Shown: positions 28,601 through 37,510, counted from the stretch's first letter. The stretch: 64,000 bases of DNA from Pseudomonadales bacterium (GCA_965248335.1 CBDFIY010000003.1:1758920-1822919), one strand, 5' to 3'. The notes: generated from the sequence alone by a model not told the origin. Translations and numbers: made by a program.

Positions 28601-30948
28601 TCGGTTAATGATTGTGCCTTGCGTTGTTGTTCGTCAATCAGTTGTTGCTTGTGCGACTCAAACGCTTCGTAGATATCTTCGCGCTTGGTTAAAATATCCG
28701 CCAAGAACGTATCTTGACCGCTAAATTGGCTTTCTAAATCTTCGAGTTGTACCAGTAAACGCGATAATTGTTCATCGCAGGCATCCGGCGTCGCCGCATT
28801 GCCCAAGGCGTTGGTTAAGCTTTGTGATAGCAGCTTAAATTGCGCCGAAAATTGCGCCGTTGATTCGGTGGAGGTTAAGGCTTTTTCGCGGTGCTTGGCC
28901 TGTGCTTTGCTTTGGTTGAGTTTGGCGTAGACATCGGAGATGGCTTCTATGATGCGAGCTTTCAGTGTCACATCAGGCACTTTCAGGGTTGCCATTAATT
29001 CGCTGAGTAAATCGAGTCCCTCGGCAATCGCTTTAACGGCTTCTACGAGTGGGGTGAGGGTATGGGTGTTTTCAGCGGCGGCTATGTCGCTATCAAGGCG
29101 GCTAATTTTTTCAAAATAAGGTGCTAATGCACGTTCATCTGCTAAAAAATCGACGGTCTTTTGTTGTAATCCGGCTTCGCTATCATTGAGTTCGGTTGTC
29201 ATGATTTCAATGCGATCGAGATCAATATAACGATGACCCTTGATGGTCATTAAGCGGCCGCGCTGTTGCCGGCAGTCGATGAGGGCGTTAACGTAATCTT
29301 CCGCTTGCTCCCATTGTTCAATCTGCAAGGCTTTTAATAAGGCGGATTGATCCGTTTCTGCTTGACGCATAATGGCGGCAGATTGGGTTTGAATGCTCTG
29401 CACTTTGATGAATTCGTCGATGACCAGCTCGGCGGTATCACTGATGGCTTTGAGTGTGTCAGCCAATAGTTTTAGGGATGCATCGGTCAGCCAATAATGG
29501 TTATCAAAGATTTTTTTGGCGGTGCTGCTCAGTGCTTCGTAACGCTTTTGCGAAACGATGTTGTCATCGATCATGCGGGTAATGCTGAACAGATCAGAGA
29601 CGCCGCGCACCAAGGCAGCGTTGCCAATTTTACCCAGAAAACTTTGGCTGGTGGGCTGCTGTGCGGCAAAATCAGCGCTGATAAATGGCGTTTGCCAAAT
29701 TTGCATAGGGTGGATGCGGGTGGCTTCTTCTTCGGCAGTAAAAATCGCCAAAATGCCGTCTTCGGCGAGTGCATAGCCATGCCCCATGATGGGATTACCG
29801 AGTTGCTTATCAATCAGGTTGTAGGCAAATAACCCCATGGCACCATCATTCGGGTTGTAAAAAACATAAGAAATATCTTCACCGTTAGGCGAGCGGATGG
29901 CGCGTTTAAAGGTAAAACCCTCGGTGTTTTCATCAAAGGTTTTGTACTCGCCGCTTTGCAGGTAGTAACCACCGGGGAAGATCAGACCGTGATCTTCGGG
30001 TAGCTGCACACAAGATTCACCCAGTGCATCAATGCGCAGCACCGATTGGGTGAGGGTATTAAAAATAAAATAACGCCATTTTTCTTCGCGGTAAGGGCGA
30101 ATCTTTAACAAGATAAGCTTGCCGACTTCGGCATAATGGAAGTCGCCATCATCTAAGGATTGAGTTTGATCGTCGACAAGTTCTTGGTAAATGCCTAAGC
30201 CGTCTTCGGTGTTGTTTTCTATTTTTAAAGTTAAATCGCCATTGATGGTTTCAACAAAAACAGTATCCAGAATATTGATATGGGAGTGACGTCCGTGTAC
30301 GGCATCTTCGCGGCGGGTTTCTTGCCATTCAAAATCAAATGCGGGCGGTAATTGAATGTCGCGTTCACCGCGATTATCGATGTAGTCGATAATGTTTTCG
30401 CAGGCTGAGATTGACCAGCGGAAAACACGCAAGTCGGTTAATCGTTCGCCAATTTGAAAACCGGCTAAAAGTTTACCTTGTTTGACGGTGAGTTCGACCA
30501 GCTTGGTATTTTTGTAATAACGATACAGTTCTTCAAAATCTTGGGTGAAACGGCTGTCGTTGAGGAAGGTGTCATCGAGGTTGAGCGGCTCTAACGCATA
30601 GTCGTCGTCGCTATACACTGGCTCAAAAAGGGCAAAAACATCCTGAACCTGTGTTTCTTTTTTCAGGCCAATAAACACGTTGTAGCCAAATAGTAGGTTG
30701 CTGCCAACTTGCACCATATCCCGCGCAATGCAGTTGTGTTCGGTGCGGACGCGGATGCGTGACATCACCGACATGTCGGAACGGCCGAATTCATTGAGCC
30801 TTGATTCGTTGAGTGTTTCGGTTTGCGTCAGTAACTCACGGCTTTGAACATCAAGTCGCTTACGGATGACATCATACGCACCGCCTTCGGCAACGGAGGT
30901 ATCCAGTGAGTTTTCAGCGTGTTCTTGCAGGGCATCAGGCGTGCTCAT
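25645..30948 (-). CDS. Giant multidomain protein (1767 aa) with a central/C-terminal AAA+ ATPase module (MoxR/AAA_5-like) and long coiled-coil regions. Function unknown.
   Basis: Walker A ISPPGYGKTTLMEY, Walker B VMLYLDDIQ, sensor-1 CVVMAGNPYTE and Arg-finger-like NRADIYNLG are all present. The N-terminal ~450 aa is probably beta-rich. A very long helical/coiled-coil middle section follows. The ORF is open throughout. Confidence 0.8.
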   Translation of the reverse strand: MSTPDALQEHAENSLDTSVAEGGAYDVIRKRLDVQSRELLTQTETLNESRLNEFGRSDMSVMSRIRVRTEHNCIARDMVQVGSNLLFGYNVFIGLKKETQVQDVFALFEPVYSDDDYALEPLNLDDTFLNDSRFTQDFEELYRYYKNTKLVELTVKQGKLLAGFQIGERLTDLRVFRWSISACENIIDYIDNRGERDIQLPPAFDFEWQETRREDAVHGRHSHINILDTVFVETINGDLTLKIENNTEDGLGIYQELVDDQTQSLDDGDFHYAEVGKLILLKIRPYREEKWRYFIFNTLTQSVLRIDALGESCVQLPEDHGLIFPGGYYLQSGEYKTFDENTEGFTFKRAIRSPNGEDISYVFYNPNDGAMGLFAYNLIDKQLGNPIMGHGYALAEDGILAIFTAEEEATRIHPMQIWQTPFISADFAAQQPTSQSFLGKIGNAALVRGVSDLFSITRMIDDNIVSQKRYEALSSTAKKIFDNHYWLTDASLKLLADTLKAISDTAELVIDEFIKVQSIQTQSAAIMRQAETDQSALLKALQIEQWEQAEDYVNALIDCRQQRGRLMTIKGHRYIDLDRIEIMTTELNDSEAGLQQKTVDFLADERALAPYFEKISRLDSDIAAAENTHTLTPLVEAVKAIAEGLDLLSELMATLKVPDVTLKARIIEAISDVYAKLNQSKAQAKHREKALTSTESTAQFSAQFKLLSQSLTNALGNAATPDACDEQLSRLLVQLEDLESQFSGQDTFLADILTKREDIYEAFESHKQQLIDEQQRKAQSLTDAAQRMLKNMERRSLKMNEAQALHTYFSSDALVIKVRDLIEQLRALDSNVKADEIASGFAAIKEQALRALRDKTDIYEEGGNVIKLGPRHKFSVNTQPLDLTIIPREGDLYCHITGTQYFEKIDHPELLALKDYWSMNQISETDQVYRAEFLAYEILDAAQHHKDDLTLEKLDAARLDEAALTALVRDFAAPRYQEGYQKGIHDEDAKKILQALLPALAHADLLRFSPLIRAVAQVFWLAACQGKTDITTQNFLQRAQSAQQMKDHFGSLEAINLFTAEVSTQLTLFATSHALPVDEGTLHQAADYLAHELGRPNCAFIQSQQGLRLIDSLKTALTDDLWKTLRQALSHLNDQVGEQWQLATAWLTALLSDQPQEGLAHYIPEACAILLSESQLSYRRNDAVIDSTITGLMGSHARIKDRSLRLSLDEFLQRLAQHKTVIIPAYQRYLAVRKNIISEEREKLRLHEFTPKPLSSFVRNRLINEAYLPIIGDNLAKQMGALGDKKRTDLMGLLMMISPPGYGKTTLMEYVASRLGLIFMKINCPSLGHEVVSLDPATAPNSTAAQELIKLNLALEMGDNVMLYLDDIQHTDPEFLQKFISLCDGTRRIEGIWQGQTKTYDMRGRKFCVVMAGNPYTESGDVFKVPDMLANRADIYNLGDVLGGMEEPFSLSYVENALTSHPVLAPLALREMQDIYHLIAMAQGKEVSTHALSHPYSGAELDEIVTVFKKLFVVQEVILNVNQQYIQSAAQDNQYRTEPAFKLQGSYRNMNKMTEKVSAVMNDDELLTLIADHYVGEAQLLTAGAEANLLKLAELRGNMTAEETERWKAIKADFLRNKAMGGDDADVGSKVVAQLVDLVSGFKQLNQTAEQVTQSSTDNSENNLRLHPDSIKALLSALDNSSSTPSLTMDRQSLALMAKIFAANKTDVQVVNQPVPGIQKVLHALAESIEYSLSPLVQSMDKKLDIDLKNHDKMIAIAEKLKNINIA

Positions 30949-31010
30949 CGAAACATGTCCTTTGAAGAGAGGCGGGTAAGCGCTTAAGGTTTTAAGCGCT
31001 GGGTGTGGAA

Positions 31011-32990
31011 TTAATCAACCAGTTCGGCCGTTTGCTGGCGAGATGTTTTTTTGTCGACTGTGTTATTGGGCGTGAGGAATTTTTCCATAGCGCTGTCTAA
31101 CAAGGTAGATATGGTCGTGCTTTTATCGGCTAGCCCATCAACGGCCTTGCCGATGGAGAGCGATTTGGCGAAGTTATCAAAGAAGTGATCTTCACCGCCA
31201 ACGATATCAATTTTTGCCTGACCAAGGGCTACGGCTAACACTTCGGCGTTGTCTTTGGCGATAGCTTTGCCTGCATCGATAGTCGCAAGTGCTTCTTCTA
31301 GCGCAGTTTCAAGGCTCATACGGAATTCTTCGTGCGCACGTGCCTTATCACTCATGCTGCCCATGGCGTCGAATTTATCCACGAGACCATCGGCTTCGGC
31401 TTTAAATTGTTCGCGGGTGATGATGGCTTTGGCTTTACCAATTTCTTCTTTTGCATGTGCTTCAGCGTCACCTTTTTTGGCAATGACACTTGCTTCTGCT
31501 GACCCGGTGCCTGAATGCGCATCAGCTTCTGCATCGCCCATAGCCTTCACGACGTTTGCCTCAGCAAAACCTTCTTTTTCAAGCGATGCGGCTTTCGCAG
31601 ACTGCACTTCTGCATCGGCGAGGCCGGGGGCGGCACGTTCGGCGCGAAGGGCGTCGGCGAGTTTCTTTTTCGCTTCGGCTTCTTTGGCTGCAGCGTCTAA
31701 TTCGGCTTGGGCAAGAATGGTGATCTCGGTGGCTTTGTGTTTCGCTGCTTGCTCCTCGGCAAGGGCGGCTGTGATTTGCTTCACTTTATCTTCGTCGGCT
31801 TTGGCTTCAGCGGCTAAGATTTTTACTTGCTTAGCACGATCAGCTTCGGAGACTTCGCGTACTTCGTTGATGCGTTCTTCTTCAACGGCCACGGTTTTGT
31901 CGACAGCTATGCGCTCACGAATCACGTTGGCGATTTCTTTTTTCTCGAGTTCGATGGCTTTTTCGGCTTCAATACGTTGCAAGTCGACTTCACGTTCGCG
32001 GGCTACGATTTCGAGATCTTTGGCACGCGTGACTTTTTCTTCTTCGATGACGACAGCGCGCTGGCGGTTTTGCTCAGCAACTTCGATTTCACGCTTTTGG
32101 TTTTCGGTTTGTACCGCTAAATCTTGCTCGACTTGAATGCGAGTACGCTCTGCTTTTAAGCGCTCTTCTTCTTGTACTTTTAAGGTTTCTGCTTCTTCGC
32201 GGGCTTTGATGGTGAGTATTTCGCGTTTTTGTTTGGCTTCGGCATCGGCTTGCTGGCGTTCGAGTTCCAGCATGGCTTCTTTGGCGGAGACATCTTTGCC
32301 TTTGATAGATAATTCTTCGTCGCGCTCTAATTCATTGGTTAGGATGTTTTGTGCGGCGGTTAATTCAGTAATTTTTTTGATGCCTTCTGCATCGAGAATG
32401 TTGTTCGGGTCGAGCGAGGATTTTGGCGTTTGCTCAAGGTAATCAATGGCGACATCTTCAAGCACGTAACCGTTTAAATCGTCACCGATCACTTCGATGA
32501 TTTTTTCACGAAACTCTAAGCGGTTTTCAAATAATTGTACGAAATCGAATTGTTTGCCAGCAGTTTTAAGGGCTTCCGAAAATTTGGCAGCAAATAATTG
32601 ATCGACGGCTGCGCGATCTGAAGCGCGGGTTGCACCCAAAGATTTAGCTACTTTTAATACATCTTCCTGTGTTTCGTTGACGCGTAAGTAGAAAGCGACA
32701 GTGATATCGGCACGCATGTTGTCTTTACAAATCAAACCATCTTGGGCACGGCGGTCGACTTCGAGTGTGATTAACGAGATGCGCATGAGTTCTTTTTTAT
32801 TGATGATGGGGTAGACCAACGCGCCGGTGAAGACGACTTTAGGTTGGGAAGACATATCATTCACGATCATTGCTGTGCCTTGCTCAACTTTGATATACCA
32901 CGCTTTGATAATGCTTAAAATACCAATAGGCAGTACGAAAAAAACAAGCGCGAGAATAACGAGCCCCATAAATCCACTGATGTCAGCCAT
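31011..32990 (-). CDS. yqiK: Flotillin-like SPFH/band-7 protein, YqiK-like (659 aa), with an extended Ala/Glu/Lys-rich coiled-coil tail.
   Basis: N-terminal TM, then an SPFH domain strongly resembling E. coli YqiK (KVVFTGALV..., DRRAQDGLICKDNMRADITVAFYLRVN..., LFAAKFSEALKTAGKQFDFV..., LNGYVLEDVAIDYLEQT). A long heptad-rich region follows. Confidence 0.9.
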   Translation of the reverse strand: MADISGFMGLVILALVFFVLPIGILSIIKAWYIKVEQGTAMIVNDMSSQPKVVFTGALVYPIINKKELMRISLITLEVDRRAQDGLICKDNMRADITVAFYLRVNETQEDVLKVAKSLGATRASDRAAVDQLFAAKFSEALKTAGKQFDFVQLFENRLEFREKIIEVIGDDLNGYVLEDVAIDYLEQTPKSSLDPNNILDAEGIKKITELTAAQNILTNELERDEELSIKGKDVSAKEAMLELERQQADAEAKQKREILTIKAREEAETLKVQEEERLKAERTRIQVEQDLAVQTENQKREIEVAEQNRQRAVVIEEEKVTRAKDLEIVAREREVDLQRIEAEKAIELEKKEIANVIRERIAVDKTVAVEEERINEVREVSEADRAKQVKILAAEAKADEDKVKQITAALAEEQAAKHKATEITILAQAELDAAAKEAEAKKKLADALRAERAAPGLADAEVQSAKAASLEKEGFAEANVVKAMGDAEADAHSGTGSAEASVIAKKGDAEAHAKEEIGKAKAIITREQFKAEADGLVDKFDAMGSMSDKARAHEEFRMSLETALEEALATIDAGKAIAKDNAEVLAVALGQAKIDIVGGEDHFFDNFAKSLSIGKAVDGLADKSTTISTLLDSAMEKFLTPNNTVDKKTSRQQTAELVD

Positions 32991-33018
32991 GATTCTTCCT
33001 TTTTTATTGTGTGTTAAA

Positions 33019-33738
33019 TTATTTTAGAAAGTCTTTTTCAGCGATGACTGAATAGGTGTTTTGTTCTTTCTGGTATGCCAATAACACCACGCGATCGCCT
33101 TTAGTAAATGTCGTGTCTTCATGTGTGCGAACTTTTAAGATCAAGCCTGCGCCGCCATCTTCAACAACCGCCTCGCCAAAGTTGTGATCGACACGCGAGC
33201 TTCTGACGACTGCAGTTTGCCCAAGAATGTATTGTTCAGTGGTTTTTTTTAATTGCTGAAAGAGTGGCCGAAGCGGTTTAATGCAAAAGATCGTGATTTT
33301 TAACCCAAGAAACAGGGAAACCAGAAATATACCCATATTAGCGGCAAGGCTTAATATACCGGCAGGGATATAGGCTTCGGAAAAATAAACAAAATAATAA
33401 CTAAAGAACCAAGCAAATACCGCGATCAAGGTGAGCGAAATGGTAACAGGTACATCGTGCAAGTTGAGTTTTAGAATAACGCCAGCAATGCCGTCAGGCA
33501 CTGTGGCCGTATCTGCTTCAAGGGCACCTGTGTCGATATCAGTGCCGCCTAGGAAATCGATATCGACAAGCCCGAGTACAGCAATACACCAAAAGAGCAG
33601 GGTTAGGATTAAGAAAAAGGTGAAAATGGCTGTTGGGAAGCTTGAGGCAAGCTGATAGAAAGGATCCATTTTTTCACTGAGAAAAATCGCAAACACAAGC
33701 CGTCCTTTTTTATTATTCGCACCCTTTGCGGGCAGCAT
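33019..33738 (-). CDS. yqiJ: NfeD-like membrane protein (YqiJ-like) with a C-terminal OB-fold.
   Basis: Several TM helices, then the NfeD beta-barrel (GQTAVVRSSRVDHNFGEAVVEDGGAGLILKVR...GDRVVLLAY). The true start may be the internal Met (MDPFYQL...). Confidence 0.75.
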   Translation of the reverse strand: MLPAKGANNKKGRLVFAIFLSEKMDPFYQLASSFPTAIFTFFLILTLLFWCIAVLGLVDIDFLGGTDIDTGALEADTATVPDGIAGVILKLNLHDVPVTISLTLIAVFAWFFSYYFVYFSEAYIPAGILSLAANMGIFLVSLFLGLKITIFCIKPLRPLFQQLKKTTEQYILGQTAVVRSSRVDHNFGEAVVEDGGAGLILKVRTHEDTTFTKGDRVVLLAYQKEQNTYSVIAEKDFLK

Positions 33739-33797
33739 AAACCGTGTTTATTCTAGCACGGTATGCGTACTTGTTTTCAAGACTTACTTGGCTTGTT

Positions 33798-35088
33798 GTT
33801 TGGCTCCCAGGGCCTCCTAGCACTTTTTGATCAGTGCATAAATTGACCGGAGAAAAGCATTTTCTCTCTGTATTTATCATTAATTGCACACCCCATAACT
33901 CGATGTTTCATCCCCTTTTTGCTTTGATCATTAAGTGTTAACAAATTCATACAGTGACGCTTTATTGTAGCAATATTGAGCCCAGCGGAATGAAGCTGGC
34001 AGTCATCTTCTTTAAAAGTAACATCTAACCGCCAATGCAGTTTATTTTCTATTTCCCAGTGTCCCCTAATGGCTTTCGCCGCATGCTTTGCATCAGGAGA
34101 GCGTGAGCTAATATACCAGGAAACTTCTTTAGACTCCCCTTTATTTGAAGACCGATGCCGCTCAACACGCACAGCCGAACTCAAGCCGCTCCAAGGTTTA
34201 GCCTTATCTACCCAGTCTGTTAATTCAAAGTGCTGATATTTCCTTATCTCTAATCGACCATGCCCTTTATTCGCCTCCTCAAAATATGAGGTCTTATTTT
34301 CTTCATAACCATCACGTTCAAGCTTGTGATGAAAAGCTTGGATTTCTTCCAGCAACCCCTGCTGATTACCTTTCAGTTGCAGAAAATAGTCAGCTTCTTT
34401 TTCAATAATCTTTTTTGCGATTTCTTTTTGGCATCCCATCGCATCAATGGTAATAGTGGCATTTTTTACCTCAATTCTGTCGATAAGCTTCGGCAAAGTT
34501 TTGATTTCATTTTTCTTTCCTTCTGATTCGAGGGCACACAGCGTCAGGCCTCGGCTTTGAGACCATGCACTAATAACATGGATGGCTTCTCGACCATTGT
34601 GCCTTGTTCCTCGCATCGTTTTGCCGTCTAATGAAATAACATCTCCTGTAGATTCACCCTGCAAACTTGAAACGAATGTCGTAAACCCTTCAATCAAATC
34701 TCTTGGTCTTATGCATGCAAGTAAAAACCGTAATGTTTCTGCACAGGGAGCAGATTCGATATCTGTATGCTTCTGCAGCCAGTCAAGCTTCATAGCTGCA
34801 AAATTAGACATGCTGTTAGGGCTATCATAACCACTTATTATTGATGAAAAAACGATTAGAAGGAGGCTTTCAAGGCTGTGTTTTTGATTGATGCCTTGTC
34901 GCGGATCTCTTATTGAGGCTGTACATGCAGATATATTCATGGTGTTTGGATGGCAGAAAACTATCTTTGACAATAGGTATGAGAAATTGACTATTTTAAT
35001 ATTGAATTTTTCAAGGACTTCGTATTATATGACAGCTTAAACTTTGTACTGATCAAAAAGTGCTAGGAAGCCCTGGTTTGGCTCCTAG
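33798..35088 (-). mobile_element. ISAs1-family element (about 1.29 kb).
   Basis: 35-bp terminal inverted repeats, CTGATCAAAAAGTGCTAGGA(G/A)GCCCTGG..., at 33798..33832 and 35051..35085. The transposase ORF lies inside. Confidence 0.8.
33831..34973 (-). CDS. ISAs1-family transposase (H-repeat-associated protein type).
   Basis: 380 aa. The C-terminal signature RGHWEIENKLHWRLDVTFKEDDC is diagnostic of ISAs1. Confidence 0.85.
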   Translation of the reverse strand: MSKIVFCHPNTMNISACTASIRDPRQGINQKHSLESLLLIVFSSIISGYDSPNSMSNFAAMKLDWLQKHTDIESAPCAETLRFLLACIRPRDLIEGFTTFVSSLQGESTGDVISLDGKTMRGTRHNGREAIHVISAWSQSRGLTLCALESEGKKNEIKTLPKLIDRIEVKNATITIDAMGCQKEIAKKIIEKEADYFLQLKGNQQGLLEEIQAFHHKLERDGYEENKTSYFEEANKGHGRLEIRKYQHFELTDWVDKAKPWSGLSSAVRVERHRSSNKGESKEVSWYISSRSPDAKHAAKAIRGHWEIENKLHWRLDVTFKEDDCQLHSAGLNIATIKRHCMNLLTLNDQSKKGMKHRVMGCAINDKYREKMLFSGQFMH

Positions 35089-35091
35089 GGG

Positions 35092-36288
35092 TTAGTGCTT
35101 TTTCGGTTTTTTGGATTTGAAGGGTTTGGTGTTGAGTTTTGAGGGCGGTAATTTAGCCATGGGCTCGAAACCTGTCACCTCTTTTCGTTCAAGCACTTTT
35201 TTTGTGAGTCGCTCAATGGCTTGCAATTGTTTAAATTCATCGGCACTGACCAAGGATACGGCATGGCCCGTGGCACCTGCGCGCCCTGTACGACCAATAC
35301 GATGCACATAATCTTCGGCAACTTGTGGCAGGTCGACATTAATAACATGTGGCAGTTGATCGATGTCGATGCCTCGTGCGGCAATATCGGTAGCAACTAA
35401 GGTACGAATAGAGCCATCTTTGAAACCGGCAAGCGCTTTAGTTCGTGCACCTTGGCTTTTGTTGCCGTGAATGGCCGCTGCGCCGACACCAGCTGCTTCG
35501 AGCTGTTTGGCTAGTTTATTGGCGCCGTGTTTGGTGCGTGAAAATACCAGCACCTGTTGCCAGTCATTGTCTTTGATTAAATGAACCAGTAATTTGGCTT
35601 TGTGGCTTTTATCGACGGGATGAATCCACTGCGTAACGGAGGAGGCTGTGGTGTTTCTTGGGGTAACGGATATCTCTACAGGGTTGTGAACCAAGCCCTT
35701 GGCCAGTGCGCGAATCTCTTCCGAGAAAGTGGCGGAAAACAACAAGTTTTGACGCTTTTTTGGCAAGAGCGCGATAATCTTTCGGATGTCTCGAATAAAG
35801 CCCATATCCAACATGCGATCCGCTTCATCTAAAACGAGCACTTCGAGTTGATTGAATTTCATCGCATTTTGCTGATAAAGATCGAGCAATCGGCCAGGTG
35901 TAGCAACCAAAATATCAACGCCCTTACGCAGTTTCATCATTTGTGGGTTGATTTTCACCCCACCAAATACCACGGCAGAGCTGATGTTTACATTTTTGCT
36001 ATAAATCTCGATGCACTGATGAACTTGCGCGGCAAGCTCACGTGTTGGCGTGACGATCAGTGAGCGCACTTGATTACCTTGCGCTGGCTTCCCTTTAGCG
36101 AGTTTTTCGATTAAAGGTAAGGCGAAGCCCGCTGTCTTGCCTGTACCAGTTTGTGCGGCAGCAAACACATCTTTGCCTTCTAAAATGGCAGGGATAGCTT
36201 GCGCTTGAATGGGTGAAGGCGTTTCGTAGCCTTGTTCAGTTACCGCATCAACGATTTGTGCGGATAAACCAAGAGAAGAAAAGGTCAT
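35092..36288 (-). CDS. rhlE: DEAD-box ATP-dependent RNA helicase (RhlE-like).
   Basis: Q-motif start [33 protein letters not shown], then [32 protein letters not shown], and a basic C-terminal tail. The ORF extends upstream, but the RhlE-like Met was chosen as the start. Confidence 0.85.
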   Translation of the reverse strand: MTFSSLGLSAQIVDAVTEQGYETPSPIQAQAIPAILEGKDVFAAAQTGTGKTAGFALPLIEKLAKGKPAQGNQVRSLIVTPTRELAAQVHQCIEIYSKNVNISSAVVFGGVKINPQMMKLRKGVDILVATPGRLLDLYQQNAMKFNQLEVLVLDEADRMLDMGFIRDIRKIIALLPKKRQNLLFSATFSEEIRALAKGLVHNPVEISVTPRNTTASSVTQWIHPVDKSHKAKLLVHLIKDNDWQQVLVFSRTKHGANKLAKQLEAAGVGAAAIHGNKSQGARTKALAGFKDGSIRTLVATDIAARGIDIDQLPHVINVDLPQVAEDYVHRIGRTGRAGATGHAVSLVSADEFKQLQAIERLTKKVLERKEVTGFEPMAKLPPSKLNTKPFKSKKPKKH

Positions 36289-36471
36289 AGATGAATTACT
36301 TATGATGAGTGGTTTAGGTCTCCAAATGGAGAGCCGCGCAGTGTACAGTAAAGCCTGCGTTGAGTCACAAACTAAGGTCACGATCTGAGGTAGCGGTTAA
36401 TGCTTGTATTATTACGTGGCTGATGCGTGATTTTATTTAGTGGCGTCATGCGGTAATAAGGTTCCACCTAT

Positions 36472-36599
36472 ATACCCATCGGAATTGGAGATGCAATAAG
36501 GCGGCAAGCGAGCGAATCCCCATGAGCTTACAGTCAGTAAGTGGTTGGGGTGAGCAAGCGCGGGCAACGCCACTGCATCTTCAAGGGTGATCGGTATAA
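36472..36599 (+). repeat. MITE-like intergenic repeat, copy B.
   Basis: Near-identical to 20941..21068. Confidence 0.75.
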
Positions 36600-36730
36600 T
36601 AAGGCATGCAAAGCTATATCTGTAGAGCAGTCTTACGTTTCTACTCTTTCATTTTTGGGATATTAAGATGCGTGTAATGGCGTATTGGTAGACTTAACAG
36701 TGATCAAATTGGATGCTGGAGATCCATATT

Positions 36731-37510
36731 ATGGCGAAAAATTATTTGCACGAAAAAACGGTACTCATCACAGGTGCAAGCTCAGGGATTGGCTGGCATT
36801 TGGCGAAGCAGTTAATGGCTTACGATGTTAATCTTGTATTAGTAGCTCGCCGAGTGGAGAAGTTGTCTGAATTAAAAGCTGCGCTTTTGGGGGCGGGAGA
36901 AACAAATAAATGTATCGAAACTTTTGCCGTTGATGTCAGTGATCGAGAGGGGGTCCGTACTTTTTTGGATAGCCTGCTTGCATCCTATAATATCGATGTA
37001 TTGGTCAATAATGCTGGATTGGCGCTAGATCTTGAGCCTGTAGACCGAGGAGATATCGATAGCTGGGAAGCAATGATAGATACGAATTTAAAAGGTCTTC
37101 TATATGTGACAAAGCCTGTTATGCAACAGATGCGATCCAGAGATACGGGGCATATTGTTAACCTAGGATCCGTGGCAGGCAAAATGGCCTACCCGAATGG
37201 CAATGTGTATTGCGCGACCAAATCAGCCGTTCGTATGCTAGGCGATTCGTTGAATGCAGATCTTTTTGGCACGCAGGTGAAAGTCTCCACCATCGCACCT
37301 GGTGCGGTTGAAACGGCATTTTCTCAGGTACGTTTTCATGGCGATGAAAAAAGAGCGGAGGAGGTTTATCAGGGGTTTACGCCGTTAGTAGCGGAAGATA
37401 TAGCCGAAGCGATGATTAATGTGCTGAATACTCCTCCTCATGTGAATATTCAATACTTGGATATTATGCCAACGGCACAGAGAAACCCTTATCTTTTGCA
37501 TCGTGATTAG
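36731..37510 (+). CDS. SDR-family short-chain dehydrogenase/reductase.
   Basis: TGASSGIG cofactor motif, NNAG motif, and catalytic Y-x3-K (YCATKSAV). Confidence 0.8.
   Translation: MAKNYLHEKTVLITGASSGIGWHLAKQLMAYDVNLVLVARRVEKLSELKAALLGAGETNKCIETFAVDVSDREGVRTFLDSLLASYNIDVLVNNAGLALDLEPVDRGDIDSWEAMIDTNLKGLLYVTKPVMQQMRSRDTGHIVNLGSVAGKMAYPNGNVYCATKSAVRMLGDSLNADLFGTQVKVSTIAPGAVETAFSQVRFHGDEKRAEEVYQGFTPLVAEDIAEAMINVLNTPPHVNIQYLDIMPTAQRNPYLLHRD

Noticed and set aside
26012-29832. Several 60-111-aa ORFs on the plus strand inside the 1767-aa gene.
   Set aside because: They lie in an antisense frame of a long GC-rich gene and have no RBS or conservation signal. They are frame artefacts.
31249-32442. 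Long plus-strand ORFs (295 aa, 101 aa and 97 aa; Ala/Ser/Cys-rich) antisense to the flotillin gene.
   Set aside because: Their low-complexity, stop-free frames are the expected by-product of the GC/GCN-rich coiled-coil (Ala/Glu/Lys) coding region on the opposite strand. They have no start context or independent support.
23893-35088. Interpreting the IS3...ISAs1 bracket as a classical composite transposon.
   Set aside because: The flanking elements belong to different families with unrelated IRs, so they cannot act as a composite pair. The island status is argued on context and composition, not on IS-mediated mobility.
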